DNA from: Chiloscyllium plagiosum
Lineage: Eukaryota
Length of the DNA stretch: 64,000 bases
Reading direction: 5' to 3'
Assembly (NCBI RefSeq): GCF_004010195.1
Contig: NC_057720.1
Span: forward strand, 9,494,244 to 9,558,243
The notes below the pieces were generated by a model. The model worked only from the letters and a program-made list of their open reading frames with translations, made no database searches and had not been told where the DNA came from. A program made the position numbers and the translations under genes. This document shows, piece after piece, positions 12,801 to 24,354 of this stretch; position 1 is the first letter of the stretch, and each line of letters opens with the position of its first letter.

Positions 12801-13599
12801 TCCTAAATCAGCTACTGAAGTGAACAACCATTGTTTTATAGGCAGTAACATGTCAATAATGCTAAACATTAAGAGGAACTGTGCACAACAATTAAACCCA
12901 ACCTTGAGTTCTGAACTTTTGATCTGAAAGATTTTGCTTGCCTATCTGCTGTGCTTTTCCAGAAACACATTTTCGGTTCTGATCTCCAGCATCTGCAGTC
13001 CTCACTTTCTCCTATCTATATCATTTTTCTACCCATAATATCGATGTCCAACAACCTGTCTTTTGTCTGTTTAAAAAAATGAATGAATGAATGTATGGTT
13101 ATTTAGTGTTTCTAAAAGAATATAGTTTAAGTTGCATAGTAGTAAATTAAGAAACTTTGCTTTTCCCTGTCTTTTGCCAAATTTAAGTGTTTTATCATAA
13201 ACAGAGTTATTTTCTTTTAAAGACAAAACCTGGTGTGAATTGTTTTTGTCCCAGATTGCAGTCAGTCATGTAAATGGGTCATTTTAGTGGTTTGTTTTGG
13301 ATTGGAAACATTTTGGGACAACTTGTGGAACAGTGGGGCACATTATTGGTGCATTCTTTGCAGTCGAGTCATGACAAGGAGGTCTGGCAAGACAGACTGA
13401 ATGGTGGAAAGGAATGAAATTGAACCCAAGCTGATCAAGCCTGAGTCCACTCAGTCTCAGCTGAATTCTGATGCTCATGATCTCAATCCAAAAGGTGCCA
13501 TTTCAGGGAGGGGGGGGGTCATAGCCTTATTTTAAACTTTGGCCACTTGACAACTCCTCTTGTTCTCCATTCCTCTGAGCCATTTAGAGTCAGAGAATC

Positions 13600-14075
13600 A
13601 CACTCAATACTCTGACCAATAAAGGAAAGCCTTCTTCACTATCCTATCCACCTGCGACTCAATTTTCAAGAAGCTATGAACCTGCACTCCAAGGTCTCTT
13701 TGTTCAGCAACACTCCCCAGGACCTCACTGTTAAGTGTAGAAGTCCTGCTCTGATTTGCCTTCCCAAAATGCAGTACCTCGCATTTATCTAAATTAAATT
13801 TCATCTGCCATTCCTCTGCTCATTGGCCCAGCTGATCAAGATCCCATTGTACTCTGAGGTAACCTTCTGCATTGTCCACTACCCCTCCAATTTTGGTGTC
13901 ATCTGCAAAATAACTAACTATTCCTGCTATGTTCATATCTAAATCATTCATATAAATGACAAAAAGGAGTGGACCTAGCACTGATCCTTGTGGCACACCA
14001 TTGGTCACAGGCCTCCAATCTGAAAGGCAACCCTCCACCACCACCTTCTGTATCCAAATGGCGAGTTCTCCCTTG
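13600..14075 (-). mobile_element. CR1 LINE RT fragment
   Basis: GVPQGSVLGPLLFVIYMNDL...FADDTK. Confidence 0.92.
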
Positions 14076-14139
14076 ACTGAACATCTTTGATTATTTTCTG
14101 AGGCACATGGTCTGGGAATTGTCAGTTCATTTCCATTCG

Positions 14140-14362
14140 GGAGTGTGGCTGGAAAAGTACAGCAGTTCAATCAGCATCCGAGGAGCCGGAGAATCGACGT
14201 TTCGGGCAAGAGCCCTTCATCGGCAATAGGCTTGTTTATTCCAAATGGAGGGCTTATGCCCGAAACATCAATCCTCCTACTCCTCAGATGCTGCCTGACC
14301 TGCTGTGTTTTTCCAGAGCCACATTCTCAAGTCAAATCTCCAGCAACTGCAGTCCTCAATTT
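14140..14362. mobile_element. Self-inverted family A insert (diverged, about 20-nt spacer)
   Basis: gacgtttcgggcaagagcccttcatcgg...gggcttatgcccgaaac; TSD not resolved. Confidence 0.75.
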
Positions 14363-14475
14363 TGGTCAACTCTCAAGTTTTGACATAGTAGTTTTATAAT
14401 TTCACCATTTTTCTCAGCCTTGATTAAACACTTGTCCATCTTTCAACCTTCAGTTCTATTGAAGGGAACATGTTC

Positions 14476-15240
14476 ACGTTCAGTGGCTCAGTGGTTAGCA
14501 TTGCTGCCTCACATCAACAGGGACCTGAGCTTATTTTCAGCCTTGGAAGGCCGTCTGTGTGGAGTTTGCACATTCTCCCCGTGTCTGCGTGGGTTTCCTC
14601 TGGGTGCTATGGTTTCCATCCACAGTCCAAAGATGTGCAGGTTAAGTGGTTTGGCCATGGGAAATCGCCCTGTGGCCTGCAGGTGAGGTGGATGAATCAT
14701 GGTAAATGTGGGGTTACAGGTAAAGGTTGGGGTCCGGATGGGATGCTCTTTAGACTGTCAGTGTGGGCTGAATGGCCTCACTCTGCACTGCAGGGAATCT
14801 ATCATTTATATTTCCTTCTGACAATTGAAGATTTCTTATTTTTATTTCAGGGCTTAAAAAGTAGCTCATTTTGTCAGTAAATCGACAATGCTTATCAAAA
14901 ATCTACTTTTCAGAAATGTATCTAATTTCCTTTGAACCAGGGCAGCATGTTGGCTCAGTGGTTGGCACTGCTGCCTCTCAGCACCACGGATCTGGATTCA
15001 ACTCCACCCTGGGGTGACTGTCTGTGTGGAGTTTGCAAGTTCTCTGTGTAGATGTGCTCTGGTTTCCTCCCACAGATAATCAGCTCATGTAAATTGGCCA
15101 TGCTAAATGGCCCAAAGTGTCCAGGGATGTGCAGACTGTGGTCACCATAGGAAATGTGGGTTTACAGGGTCTGAGAACTCGTCAGAGGGTTGGTGTGGAC
15201 TCAGTGGGTCGAAAAGCATGCTTCTACACTATCGGGATTC
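14476..15240 (+). mobile_element. Two HE1-type V-SINEs (about 14476-14800 and 14940-15240)
   Basis: tggctcagtggttagca...tgtgtggagtttgca. Confidence 0.85.
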
Positions 15241-15294
15241 TACGATACTCATACAATGCCTGCCTTGCTAAGCTAAGTTCAACTCTATTGCCCT

Positions 15295-15753
15295 TTGGAG
15301 AAAGTGAGGATTGCAGATGCTGGAGGTCAGAGTCCAAAGTGCTGGAAAAGCACAGCAGATCAGGCTGAAGCAGGAGTTTCAATGTTTCAGGCATCTTCTC
15401 CCTTGAAACCCTGCAACCACACTGGATTAATGTGGATTTCACCAGTTTCCCCATTTCACCTCCCCTCGCCTTATCCCAGCCCCAACCCTCCAACTCAGCA
15501 GCGTCCTCTTGATCTGTCCACCTTCCTTCCCGCCTATTCGTTTCACCCTCTTCTCCCTATCACTTTCACCCCCACCTTCATCTACCTAACGCATTCCCAG
15601 CATTCCTCCCCCCAGCCCCACCCCTCTCCCATTTATCTCTTAGCTCCCCTGGCCCACAGGCCACATTCCTGACAAAGGGATTATACCCAAAACATTGATT
15701 CTCCTGCTCCATGGATGTTGTCTGACCTGCTGTGCTTTTCCAGCACCACACTC
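15295..15753 (+). mobile_element. 5'-truncated family A PLE with an inverted copy of its own 3' end in front
   Basis: Inverted arm 15297-15390, then IFSLETLQPHWINVDFTSF (GIY-YIG C-terminus), UTR and decayed hammerhead; TSD tcaactctatt(g/a)ccct at 15279-15294 and 15754-15769. Confidence 0.85.
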
Positions 15754-16334
15754 TCAACTCTATTACCCTGTGACAGAACAAGGTCAATATAATGTTTTAC
15801 TGTTTTTAGCTTCTAAGGTAGTAATGCCTCACGTGTCATCTTGTTTGAAGTACCAATCAGACAATGCATCTTGTTTATAAGACTTATTTTACAGGCTTAG
15901 TTGATTAGATTCCCTACAGAAATCCCTACAGGGTTATGAAGGTCAGTTTTTAAGTCCACAGAAGTTGGTGTTCAACCTTTACAAAGACTTGGATAGATTT
16001 CTAGATAGTACAATGCACCATTCTGGTCTTCATGACATCAAAGGGACATTGAAAGCACAAAAAAGACCAATAAGAATATTTCTGGAAGAATTTAGGATTA
16101 TAATTATCAGGAAAACTGGACAAGCTAGAGCTCTTATCCTTGAGAAAACTGAGGGTTGCTGTCACCAAAATTGTTAAATTATGAAGAGAATTGATGGAGT
16201 TTTCACATAGAAAATGGTTCCATTTTGTAGGGAATGCTGGAACCAAGGCCCACAGTACAATAGGTGAGTGGGGGAGGGGATGTAACATGAGACTTGTTAT
16301 CTGGTGGAGTGTTTGAGGTAAATGTAAATTTAAG

Positions 16335-16510
16335 ATTAAAAATCACACAATGCCAAGTTATAGTCCAACAGATTTATTTGGAATCACTAGATTTGGAATC
16401 ACTAACTTTGAAAGCCAGTGATTCCAAACAAACCTGTTGGACTATGACCTGGTGTTGTCTGATTTTTAACTTTGTCCACCTCTGCCCAACACCGGCATCT
16501 TCAAATTATT
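16335..16510. mobile_element. Self-inverted family B insert
   Basis: ttaaaaatcacacaa...gtccaacag | ctgttggactat...tgatttttaa; the fold lies at the GAAAGC motif; aatttaag on both flanks. Confidence 0.8.
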
Positions 16511-16940
16511 AATTTAAGGAGAAGCTACATCAGGAACAAAGGTACAGAAAGTGTTAGAGGAGCTCAGCAGGTCTGGCAGCTTCTGTGACCTGAGAAACAG
16601 AGCTAATGTTTCAACTCTGATGAGACTCCTCAACCCTAAGTCCTCCAGGTATCTCCCCAGTCAACCTTGATCAAGGTTTCTTCTTTTCCACCTATCCACT
16701 CCACCCTTCCCTCCCTGACCTATCACCTTCATCCCCTCCCTGCTCACCTATTGTACTCTATGCTACTTTCTCCTCCAGCACCACTCTAATCTCGACTCTG
16801 GTTTCCAGCATCTGCAGTCATTGTCTTTACCAAGGTTTAACAAGCATTACTAACAGCAGGTTAACTGGTTACTTATCACATTGCTGTTGTGGCCCATGTG
16901 CAAATTTGCTGCCTTGCAAGTGACTACATTTTATTGGCAA

Positions 16941-17150
16941 TTAGAAATTGCTGAAAAAACTCAGTAGGTCTGACAGCAGCTTTGGAGAGAAATCAGTTAA
17001 CGTTTTGGGTAGTGTTTTAGGAAGGGTCACTCGACCCAAAACGTTAGCTCTGATTTCTCTCCACAGATGCTGCCTGACCTGCTGAGCTTTTCCAGCAATT
17101 TCTGCTTTTGTCTCTGATTTACAGCATCCACAGTTCTGTCAGTTTTTATC
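16941..17150. mobile_element. Self-inverted family C insert inside a DeuSINE-like remnant
   Basis: gttaacgttttgggt | ggaagggtcactcgacccaaaacgttagc; degenerate TSD acattttattggc / acacttcatcggc. Confidence 0.75.
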
Positions 17151-18763
17151 AACACTTCATCGGCTGCAGAAGATCTTGGCGTACCCTGCAATAAAACCAG
17201 AAATTGTTGGAGAAACTTAGCATGTCTGTGAAGAGAGAGAAACAGAGTTGACTTTTTGAGTCCAGGACAGCTGTTCCTCCAGCATCTCGTAGTGTCTTGC
17301 TTTTATCTGGAGTATTCTACGGTGGCTACATAAATGTAACCTGTTCTTCTTAGGTGACTTGGTGGTACTTACCAGCCATTGGTATTCACACACTTGCCAC
17401 GGGAAGCACTTGAGCAGGGTGAATGTGCACACTGGGCATGATAAACCACATTGCAAACTTGGCAAGCAATGCCAGTGAAGATTTTCTAACACTGAATCAG
17501 CATAAAGGTCTAATCATATCAACTCCACACCTTTCAGTCTTGCAAAAATGTTGAGCATGTTTTTACACCATGGAAGAAATATTTTCCAATTAATTGAATT
17601 TGCACATATGAATGAAGCCCAGAAAAATACTAATTTGCATCTAAATAATGTCCATACCGGATTGACAAAGTTTCATAAAATAGTTTGCCCTCAGTTTGAA
17701 ACATTTGGTAGTGTATCTCTTAACCACTCTCGTTCTAAGTGTAAATTAGGAATATTTACTGTTACCCATTAAGATATTGATCCCAGTGATAAGGAGAGAT
17801 TCATTGCACTTCATGTTAAAGGTACATATTTTTCCTTTTCCAATTACATCAGCTTGCATATGCTAATTGGTCCCATTAATAAATTATCGCTAATAGCATA
17901 ATAATTATACTGTATAGCCTTTATAATGATTATTTCCTAATGAAATATTGCAGATAGTTTACATTTTAAGGAACCTAGTTTACATATATGTAAATGAGAC
18001 CTGTTCGACAATATAAATTATAATTATACCTGGTAATAAGATGGATGTGCCTGGCTTTAGCCGGTTTTGTGTTTCCTCACTGTGGATTGAGAATGTTGAC
18101 TAGTCGTTGAGTACTGGTGCCAGTTCAATGTGTTCTAACCTCTTGTGAAGCAAATTGTTGGCCAACGTGATCACAAGCAATAAAAGCAATTTAATATAAA
18201 TTCACTAATTGGAAATCAGATCCATAACTAAAATTTAACTGCTCGCTAATTTATACATGATCCATTTATTACCAAAATACATAATCATTAATTAAATGTA
18301 TATATTAAAGTCAAATGTAAATACATTTCCATGGTAATTAACTATTTATTTCAATTAATCTGCGTTTAATCCTCTGCGTAATATCTGTATTTGGCTCTCC
18401 ATCAATTAAATCAGTGTTGTTTATTGCTGAACACTTCAAATAATAGTTGTGGTGCAGTTAGGCTCATCAATTTGGATCTGTTCATAATATGTAAGGTCAA
18501 AAGATTGTGGGTTTGAGTACAGTACAGGAAGTGAAAGTTCACTGAGCTCACTGCCATTCCATTGTACAGATTGCTACCTTGGCCTCTACATTAGATTACC
18601 GAGGATCCTATAATCCTCTTGTGGCCTTTCCTTCATAAACCATGCCATCCTTCCAACCACAACCTCTGGCCTTCACATCAGGAACATCCTGGAGGTCATC
18701 AATGACAGGAAGCTTATCAGAACCAGTGCTATCAACACCGAGAGGGTCAACGCAAGCTACAAA

Positions 18764-19470
18764 GAGACCTTGGAGTGCAGGTTCATAGCTCCTTGAAAGT
18801 GGTAGGTAGATAGGATAGTGAAGAAGGCGTTTGGTATGCTTTCCTTGATTGGTAAGAGTATTGAGTACAGGAGTTGGGAAGTCATGTTGCAGCTATACAG
18901 GACATTGGTTAGGCCACTGTTGGAATATTGCATGCAATTCTGGTCTCCTTCCTATCAGAAAGATGTTGTGAAACTTAAAGGGTTCAGAAAAGATTTGCAA
19001 GGATGTTGCCAGGGTTGGAGGATCTGAGTTTCAGAGAGAGGCTGAACAGGCTGGAGCTGTTTTCCCTGGAGTGTCGGAGGCTGAGGGGTGACCTTATAGA
19101 GGTTTACAAAATTATGAGGAGCATGGATAGGATAAATAGACAAAGTCTTTTCCCGGGGTCGGGGAGTCCAGAACTAGAGGACGTAGGTTTAGGGTAAGAG
19201 GGGAAAGAGACCTAAGGGGCAACTTTTTCACGCAGAGGATGGTACGTGTGTGGAATGAGCTGCCAGAGGATGTGGTGGAGACTGGTACAATTGCAACATT
19301 TAAGAGGCATTTGGATGGGTATATGAATAGGAAGGGTTTGGAGGAATATGGGCCAGGTGCTGGCAGGTGGGACTAGATTGGGTTGGGATATCTGGTTGGC
19401 ATGGATGAGTTGGACTGAAGGGTCTGTTTCCATGCTGTACATCTCTATGACTCTATGACTATGACTCTAC
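18764..19470 (+). mobile_element. CR1 LINE 3' fragment
   Basis: LYRTLVRPLLEYCMQFWSP; (ctctatga)n tail. Confidence 0.92.
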
Positions 19471-19989
19471 AATGTGAGGCAGATCAGTTCCCAAATTCTT
19501 CTTTGTCATTTACAAGGAGTGAAATGGGTGGGTGGTTCAGTAGAGCAGGAACAATTATACAAACATAGACTATAAGAGCAGGAGTATGCCATTTGGCCCT
19601 TCATGCTGCTGTCCTTATCTGGTTTGGCCTCCATGTGACTCAACTGCAATGTGTTCAACTCCACGAAGCCTTCTGCAATGGCTGTGCAAGCCACTCAGTC
19701 TAAGGGTAGTGAGGGAATGGAAATCCACAACCCAAGAAAGAATTGAGCTCGCTCATGTCCCTCCCCCAACCCTTACACACCAGGCCTTGTTAGCACAGAG
19801 CCTGCCATTACACACTACCTATTGTTAGCCAATAACAGTCCCTACAACCCTCCCAGCCAGATCATTATCCACCCCTTTGTCTGTCCAATTGTTCATCTCT
19901 CTCTTTGGGCTCTATCCCCACCTATCATTTACGCCTTACCCCCTCCCCCGACCCTTTCTCCTGCATAATAAAAAACATTTTCCTAGTTA

Positions 19990-20211
19990 GGGGAGAAAGT
20001 GAGGTCTGCAGACGCTGGAGATCAAAGCTGAAACTTTATTGCTGGAACAGCACAGCAGGTCAGGCAGCATCTAGGGAACAGAAGATTCGACGTTTCGGGC
20101 ACATGCCCTTCTTCAGGAATCCTGAAGAAGGGCATGTGCCCGAAACGTCGAATCTTCTGTTCCCTAGATGCTGCCTGACCTGCTGTGCTGTTCCAGCAAT
20201 AAAGTTTCAGC
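19990..20211. mobile_element. Young self-inverted family A insert
   Basis: Arms perfectly complementary over about 90 bp; exact 14-bp TSD cattttcctagtta at 19976-19989 and 20212-20225. Confidence 0.95.
20083..20122 (-). ncRNA. Minimal type I hammerhead ribozyme motif, family A
   Basis: ggattc CTGAAGA a GGGC atgt GCCC GAAA cg TC gaatct; 6-bp stem I. An intact mirror core lies on the + strand at 20122-20149. Confidence 0.75.
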
Positions 20212-20924
20212 CATTTTCCTAGTTACCATCAGCTCTGAGGAAGGGACACCGCATGCAAAACATTAACTCTGACTTCTCTCCACAGATGATGCCAGTCTTT
20301 CTAGCACTTTAATGTCTTTTTTAAGAAGAAAATGGCCCCAATATTTTGTTCAGTTGCATCATCAAGCAGACCCGTGATTGCAATGATAGACACAGGCCAA
20401 ATAGCCTACTCCTGCTCCTAATTCAGACATTTGTAAAACATTATTTGACCAACGCAACTAAAAGCACAACATAACAAATTAATTTCTATTGATTTCAAAG
20501 CTTGATGAGAAAATTTGCCCATTTGAAATGAATTCCAGATTTACCCATCAAATCGTCATCTCGCTCAAACATTAATTCACTCAAAACATGCCACTGCGCA
20601 GGAGTCTCTCTGAGGTCAAAGGAAGAGCGGCAAAATCTAAAATAGAATCAGATAAAGTTGCTGGAGAAACTCAGTAGGTCTGTCAGCACCTGTGGAGAGA
20701 GAAACAGAGTAAATATTTCTGAGTCGAATATGATTCTGCTTTGGAATTTTTAAACTCTGTCCCTTTAGTTCAGGATTAACCAAGTAAAAAAAATCAACTA
20801 ACCAGCAAGAGTTAAAATTAGAGACAAAATCAGAAATTGCTGGAAGATTTCAGTAGGTGTGGCATCATCTGTGGAGAGAAATCAGAGTTAACGTTTTGGG
20901 TTGAGTGACCCTTCCTCAGCATTC

Positions 20925-22135
20925 GCAGTTACAGAGTCATAGAGATGTAAAACATGGAAACAGCCCCTTCGGTCCAACTCATCCATACCGATCAGATATC
21001 CTAAATCAATCTAGTCCCATTTGCCAACACTTGGCCCATATTCTTCGAAACCTTTCCTATTCATATACCCATCCAGATGCCTTTTAAATGTTGTCATTGG
21101 ACCAACCTCCACCACTTACTCTTGCAGCTCAATCCATACACGCACCATCTTCTGCATGAAAAGGTTGCCCCTTAGGTCCTTTTTATATAGAACATAGAAC
21201 ATAGAACATTACAGCGCAGTACAGGCCCTTCGACCCTTGATGTTGTGCCATCCTGTCATACTAATCTGAAGCCCATCCCACCTACACTATTCCATGTATG
21301 TCCATATGCCTGTCCAATGACAGCTTAAATGCACTTAAACTTGGCGAATCTACTACCGTTGCAGGCAAAGCATTCTATATCCCTACTACTCTCTAAGTAA
21401 AGAAACTACCTTTGACATCTGTCTTATACCTATCTCCCCTCACTTTAAAGTTGTGTCCCCTTGTGTTTGCCGTCCCCATACTTGGAAAAATGCTCTCCCT
21501 GTCCACCCTCTGATTATCTTGTATGTCTCTATTAAGTCACCTCTCAACCTTCTTCTCTCTAACAGCTTCAAGGCCCTCAGCCTTTTCACGTAAGACATTC
21601 CTTCCATACCAGGCAACATCCTAGTAAATCTCCTCTGCACCCTCTCCAAAGCTTCCACATCCTTCTTATAATGCGGTGACCAGAACTGCACACAATACTG
21701 CAAGTGTGGCCGTGCCAGAGCTTTGTACAGCTGCAGCATAACCTCCTGGTTCCGGAACTCAGTCCCTCTATTAATAAAGGCCAAAACACTGTATGCCTTC
21801 TTAACAACCCTGTCAATCTGGGTGGCAACTTTCAGGGATCTGTATACATGGACACCGATATCTCTCTGCTCATCTGCACTCCCAAGAATCTTATCATTAG
21901 CTCATCTGCACTCCCAAGAATCTTACCATATCTTTTCCCTCTCACCTTAAACCTCTACCCTCTAGTTCTGGACTGCCCAATCCCAGGGAAAATACCTTGT
22001 CTATTTATCCTATCCATGCCTCTCATGATTTCATAAACTCTATAAGGACACCCCTCAGCCTCCGATGCTCCAGGGAAAACAGCCCCAGCCTTCCCTATAG
22101 CTCAAACCCTCCAACCCTGGCAACATCTGTGTAGA
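20925..22135 (-). mobile_element. CR1 3' fragment with a second CR1 3' fragment nested at about 21187-21928
   Basis: Two tails ((ctctatga)n outer, (ttctatg)n inner); LQLYKALARPHLQYCVQFWSPHYKKDVEALERVQRRFTRM. Confidence 0.88.
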
Positions 22136-22139
22136 TCAT

Positions 22140-22487
22140 GGAATTCCTACAGTGTGGAAACAGGCCCTTTGGCCCAACAAGTCTACAGCAACCCTCTGAA
22201 GGACAACCCACCCAGACCCACTACCGTTCCCCATTGCTCTCTATGTACCCCTGACTAATGCACCTGACCAACACATCTCTGAACACTATGGGCAATTTAG
22301 CATGGCCAATCCTCCTAACATGCACATCTTCGGATTGTGGGAAGAAACTGGAGCACCCAGAGGAAACCCATGCAGACCCAAGCAGAACGTGCTAACTCCA
22401 CACAGACAGTCACCGAGGGCTGGAATCAAACCTGGGTCCCTGGCGCTGTGAGGCAACAGTGCTAACCACTGAGCCACTGTGCCACCA
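22140..22487 (-). mobile_element. HE1-type V-SINE
   Basis: Full head ggtggcacagtggctcagtggttagcac on the minus strand. Confidence 0.9.
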
Positions 22488-23032
22488 TATATCACTTCTG
22501 AACTCTTTCAGGTTTTGGTTTTGAAAAATTAGTCATTTGGACTCAAAATGCTAATTCAGTTGCTCCCTCTCCAGACTCTGCCAGACTGACTGACTTCTCC
22601 ACATTTTTGTTTAATTGTTTTTAAATAGTGTCTTTCACACCTTCAGGCCATTTGTAAGTTTTTAACAGCCTGTTGAGTGGATTTTAAGTGTAGTCATTGT
22701 TGAAAGATAGGAAACACAGCAGCCAACATCTCAGAAATGCGCTCATGACCAGGTACGCTGTTTCCATGAACATTGGGCGAGGGGTAAATATTGACCAGGA
22801 GATCTCCCCTTACCCTTCTTTGAATAGCAATTTGGAGTCATGTGGGAGGTCAGCTAGCACCTTGGTTTCTCACCTGAATGAGGGTCACTCGACAGTGTTA
22901 GCTACGAGACGCTGGATAAGCTCAGGTTGATTTCTTTGGAGCAGAGAAGGCTGAGAGATTAGGTACGTAAGATTGCAAGGGGCATAGGCAGATTGAATAG
23001 AAAGTATTTTTCCCCCTTATTTGAAGGGTCAT

Positions 23033-23520
23033 AGGTGGCACAGTGGTTAGCACTACTGCCTCATAGTGCCAGAGACATGGATTCAATTCCTGCCTCAGGC
23101 AACTGTCTGTGCGGAGTTTGCACATTCTCCCCGTGTCTGCGTGAGTTTCCTTTGGGGGCTCCGGTTTCCTCCCACTGTCCAAAAATGTGTAGGTCAGGTG
23201 AATTGGCCATGTTAAATTGCCTGTAGTGTTAGGGGAATGAGTTTTATTTAATTAGATTAGATTACTTACAGTGTGGAAACAGGGCCTTCGGCCCAACAAG
23301 TCCACACTGACCCGCCGAAGCGCAACCCACCCATACCCCTACATTTACCCCTTACCTAACACTACAGGCAATTTAGCATGGCCAATTCAACTGACCTGCA
23401 CATCTTTGGACTGTGGGAGGAAACCAGAGCACTTGGAGGATTGGGTGGGTTGCTCTTCAGAAGGTCGGTGTAGACTTGTTAGGCTGAAGGGCCTGTTTCC
23501 ACACTGTAAGTAATCTAATC
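23033..23520 (+). mobile_element. HE1 SINE (+) containing an oppositely oriented HE1 3' part (about 23252-23439)
   Basis: Head 23033-23240, reversed tail and V-domain, then forward tail ending gtaatctaatc. Confidence 0.85.
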
Positions 23521-23602
23521 ATTAACAAAGGCCATACATTTAAAGTGCAAGTTTGGAGGGGATATAAGCAAATCGTTTTCATCCAGAGGGTAGTGGGAAT
23601 CT

Positions 23603-23825
23603 TCGAGGAGAAAGTGAGGTCTGCAGATGCTGGAGATCAAAGTTGAAACTTTATTGCTGGAACAGCACAGCAGGTCAGGCAGCATCCAGGGAACAGGAGA
23701 TTCGACGTTTCGGGCACAGGCCCTTCTTCAGATTCCTGAAGAAGGGCCTGTGCCCAAAACGTCGAATCTCCTGTTCCCTGGATGCTGCCTGACCTGCTGT
23801 GCTGTTCCAGCAATAAAGTTTCAAC
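23603..23825. mobile_element. Young self-inverted family A insert
   Basis: One mismatch between arms; exact 14-bp TSD ggtagtgggaatct at 23589-23602 and 23826-23839. Confidence 0.95.
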
Positions 23826-23877
23826 GGTAGTGGGAATCTGGAATGTACAGCCTGCGAGGGTAGTTTTTAAAAAAAAT

Positions 23878-24230
23878 TCATTGATAGGTTGAGGATGTCA
23901 CTGGTCAGGCAGCATTTATTGTCTGTTCCTAATTGCCCGGAGGGCAGTTAAAGGTCAAACACATTGCCTGGGGTCTCGAGTCACATGTAGGCCAGACCAG
24001 GTAAGGATGGCAGTTTCCTTCCCTAAAGGATATTAGTGAACCAGATAGTTTTTTACCCCCAAAAATTGTAATGAATTCATGGTCGTCATTAGATCCTTAA
24101 TTCCAAATTTTTTTTAAAATTGAATTGAAACACCACTATCAGCTGTGGTGGGATTTGGTCCCAGGTGCCCAGAGCATTACCTGGGACTCTGGATTAACAG
24201 TCAAGTAGTAACACCAGTAAGCCATCACTT
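23878..24230 (-). mobile_element. tRNA-headed SINE 'family 2' (other copies or pieces about 31578-31850 +, 50450-50615 +, 60396-60590 +, 61075-61220 -)
   Basis: Shared core agggaaggaaactgccatccttacctggtctggcctacatgtgactc. Confidence 0.75.
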
Positions 24231-24354
24231 TATGTAGTTGAGCCAGGAGCCCGCAGAATCTTTGAAACATATTTGGATTAACAGTTAAAATGTCATAATG
24301 TTCAAGGATCTGGCCAAAATTAGAAAGTGGGATGAGTGAGGGTTTGCGTTGAAA

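Larger units (their letters stand above)
19755..20320 (+). mobile_element. Family C PLE 3' UTR and tail, host of the insert at 19990-20211
   Basis: Matches the reverse of 62900-63170 plus 62437-62545; decayed ctgaggaaggg core at about 20235. Confidence 0.7.
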
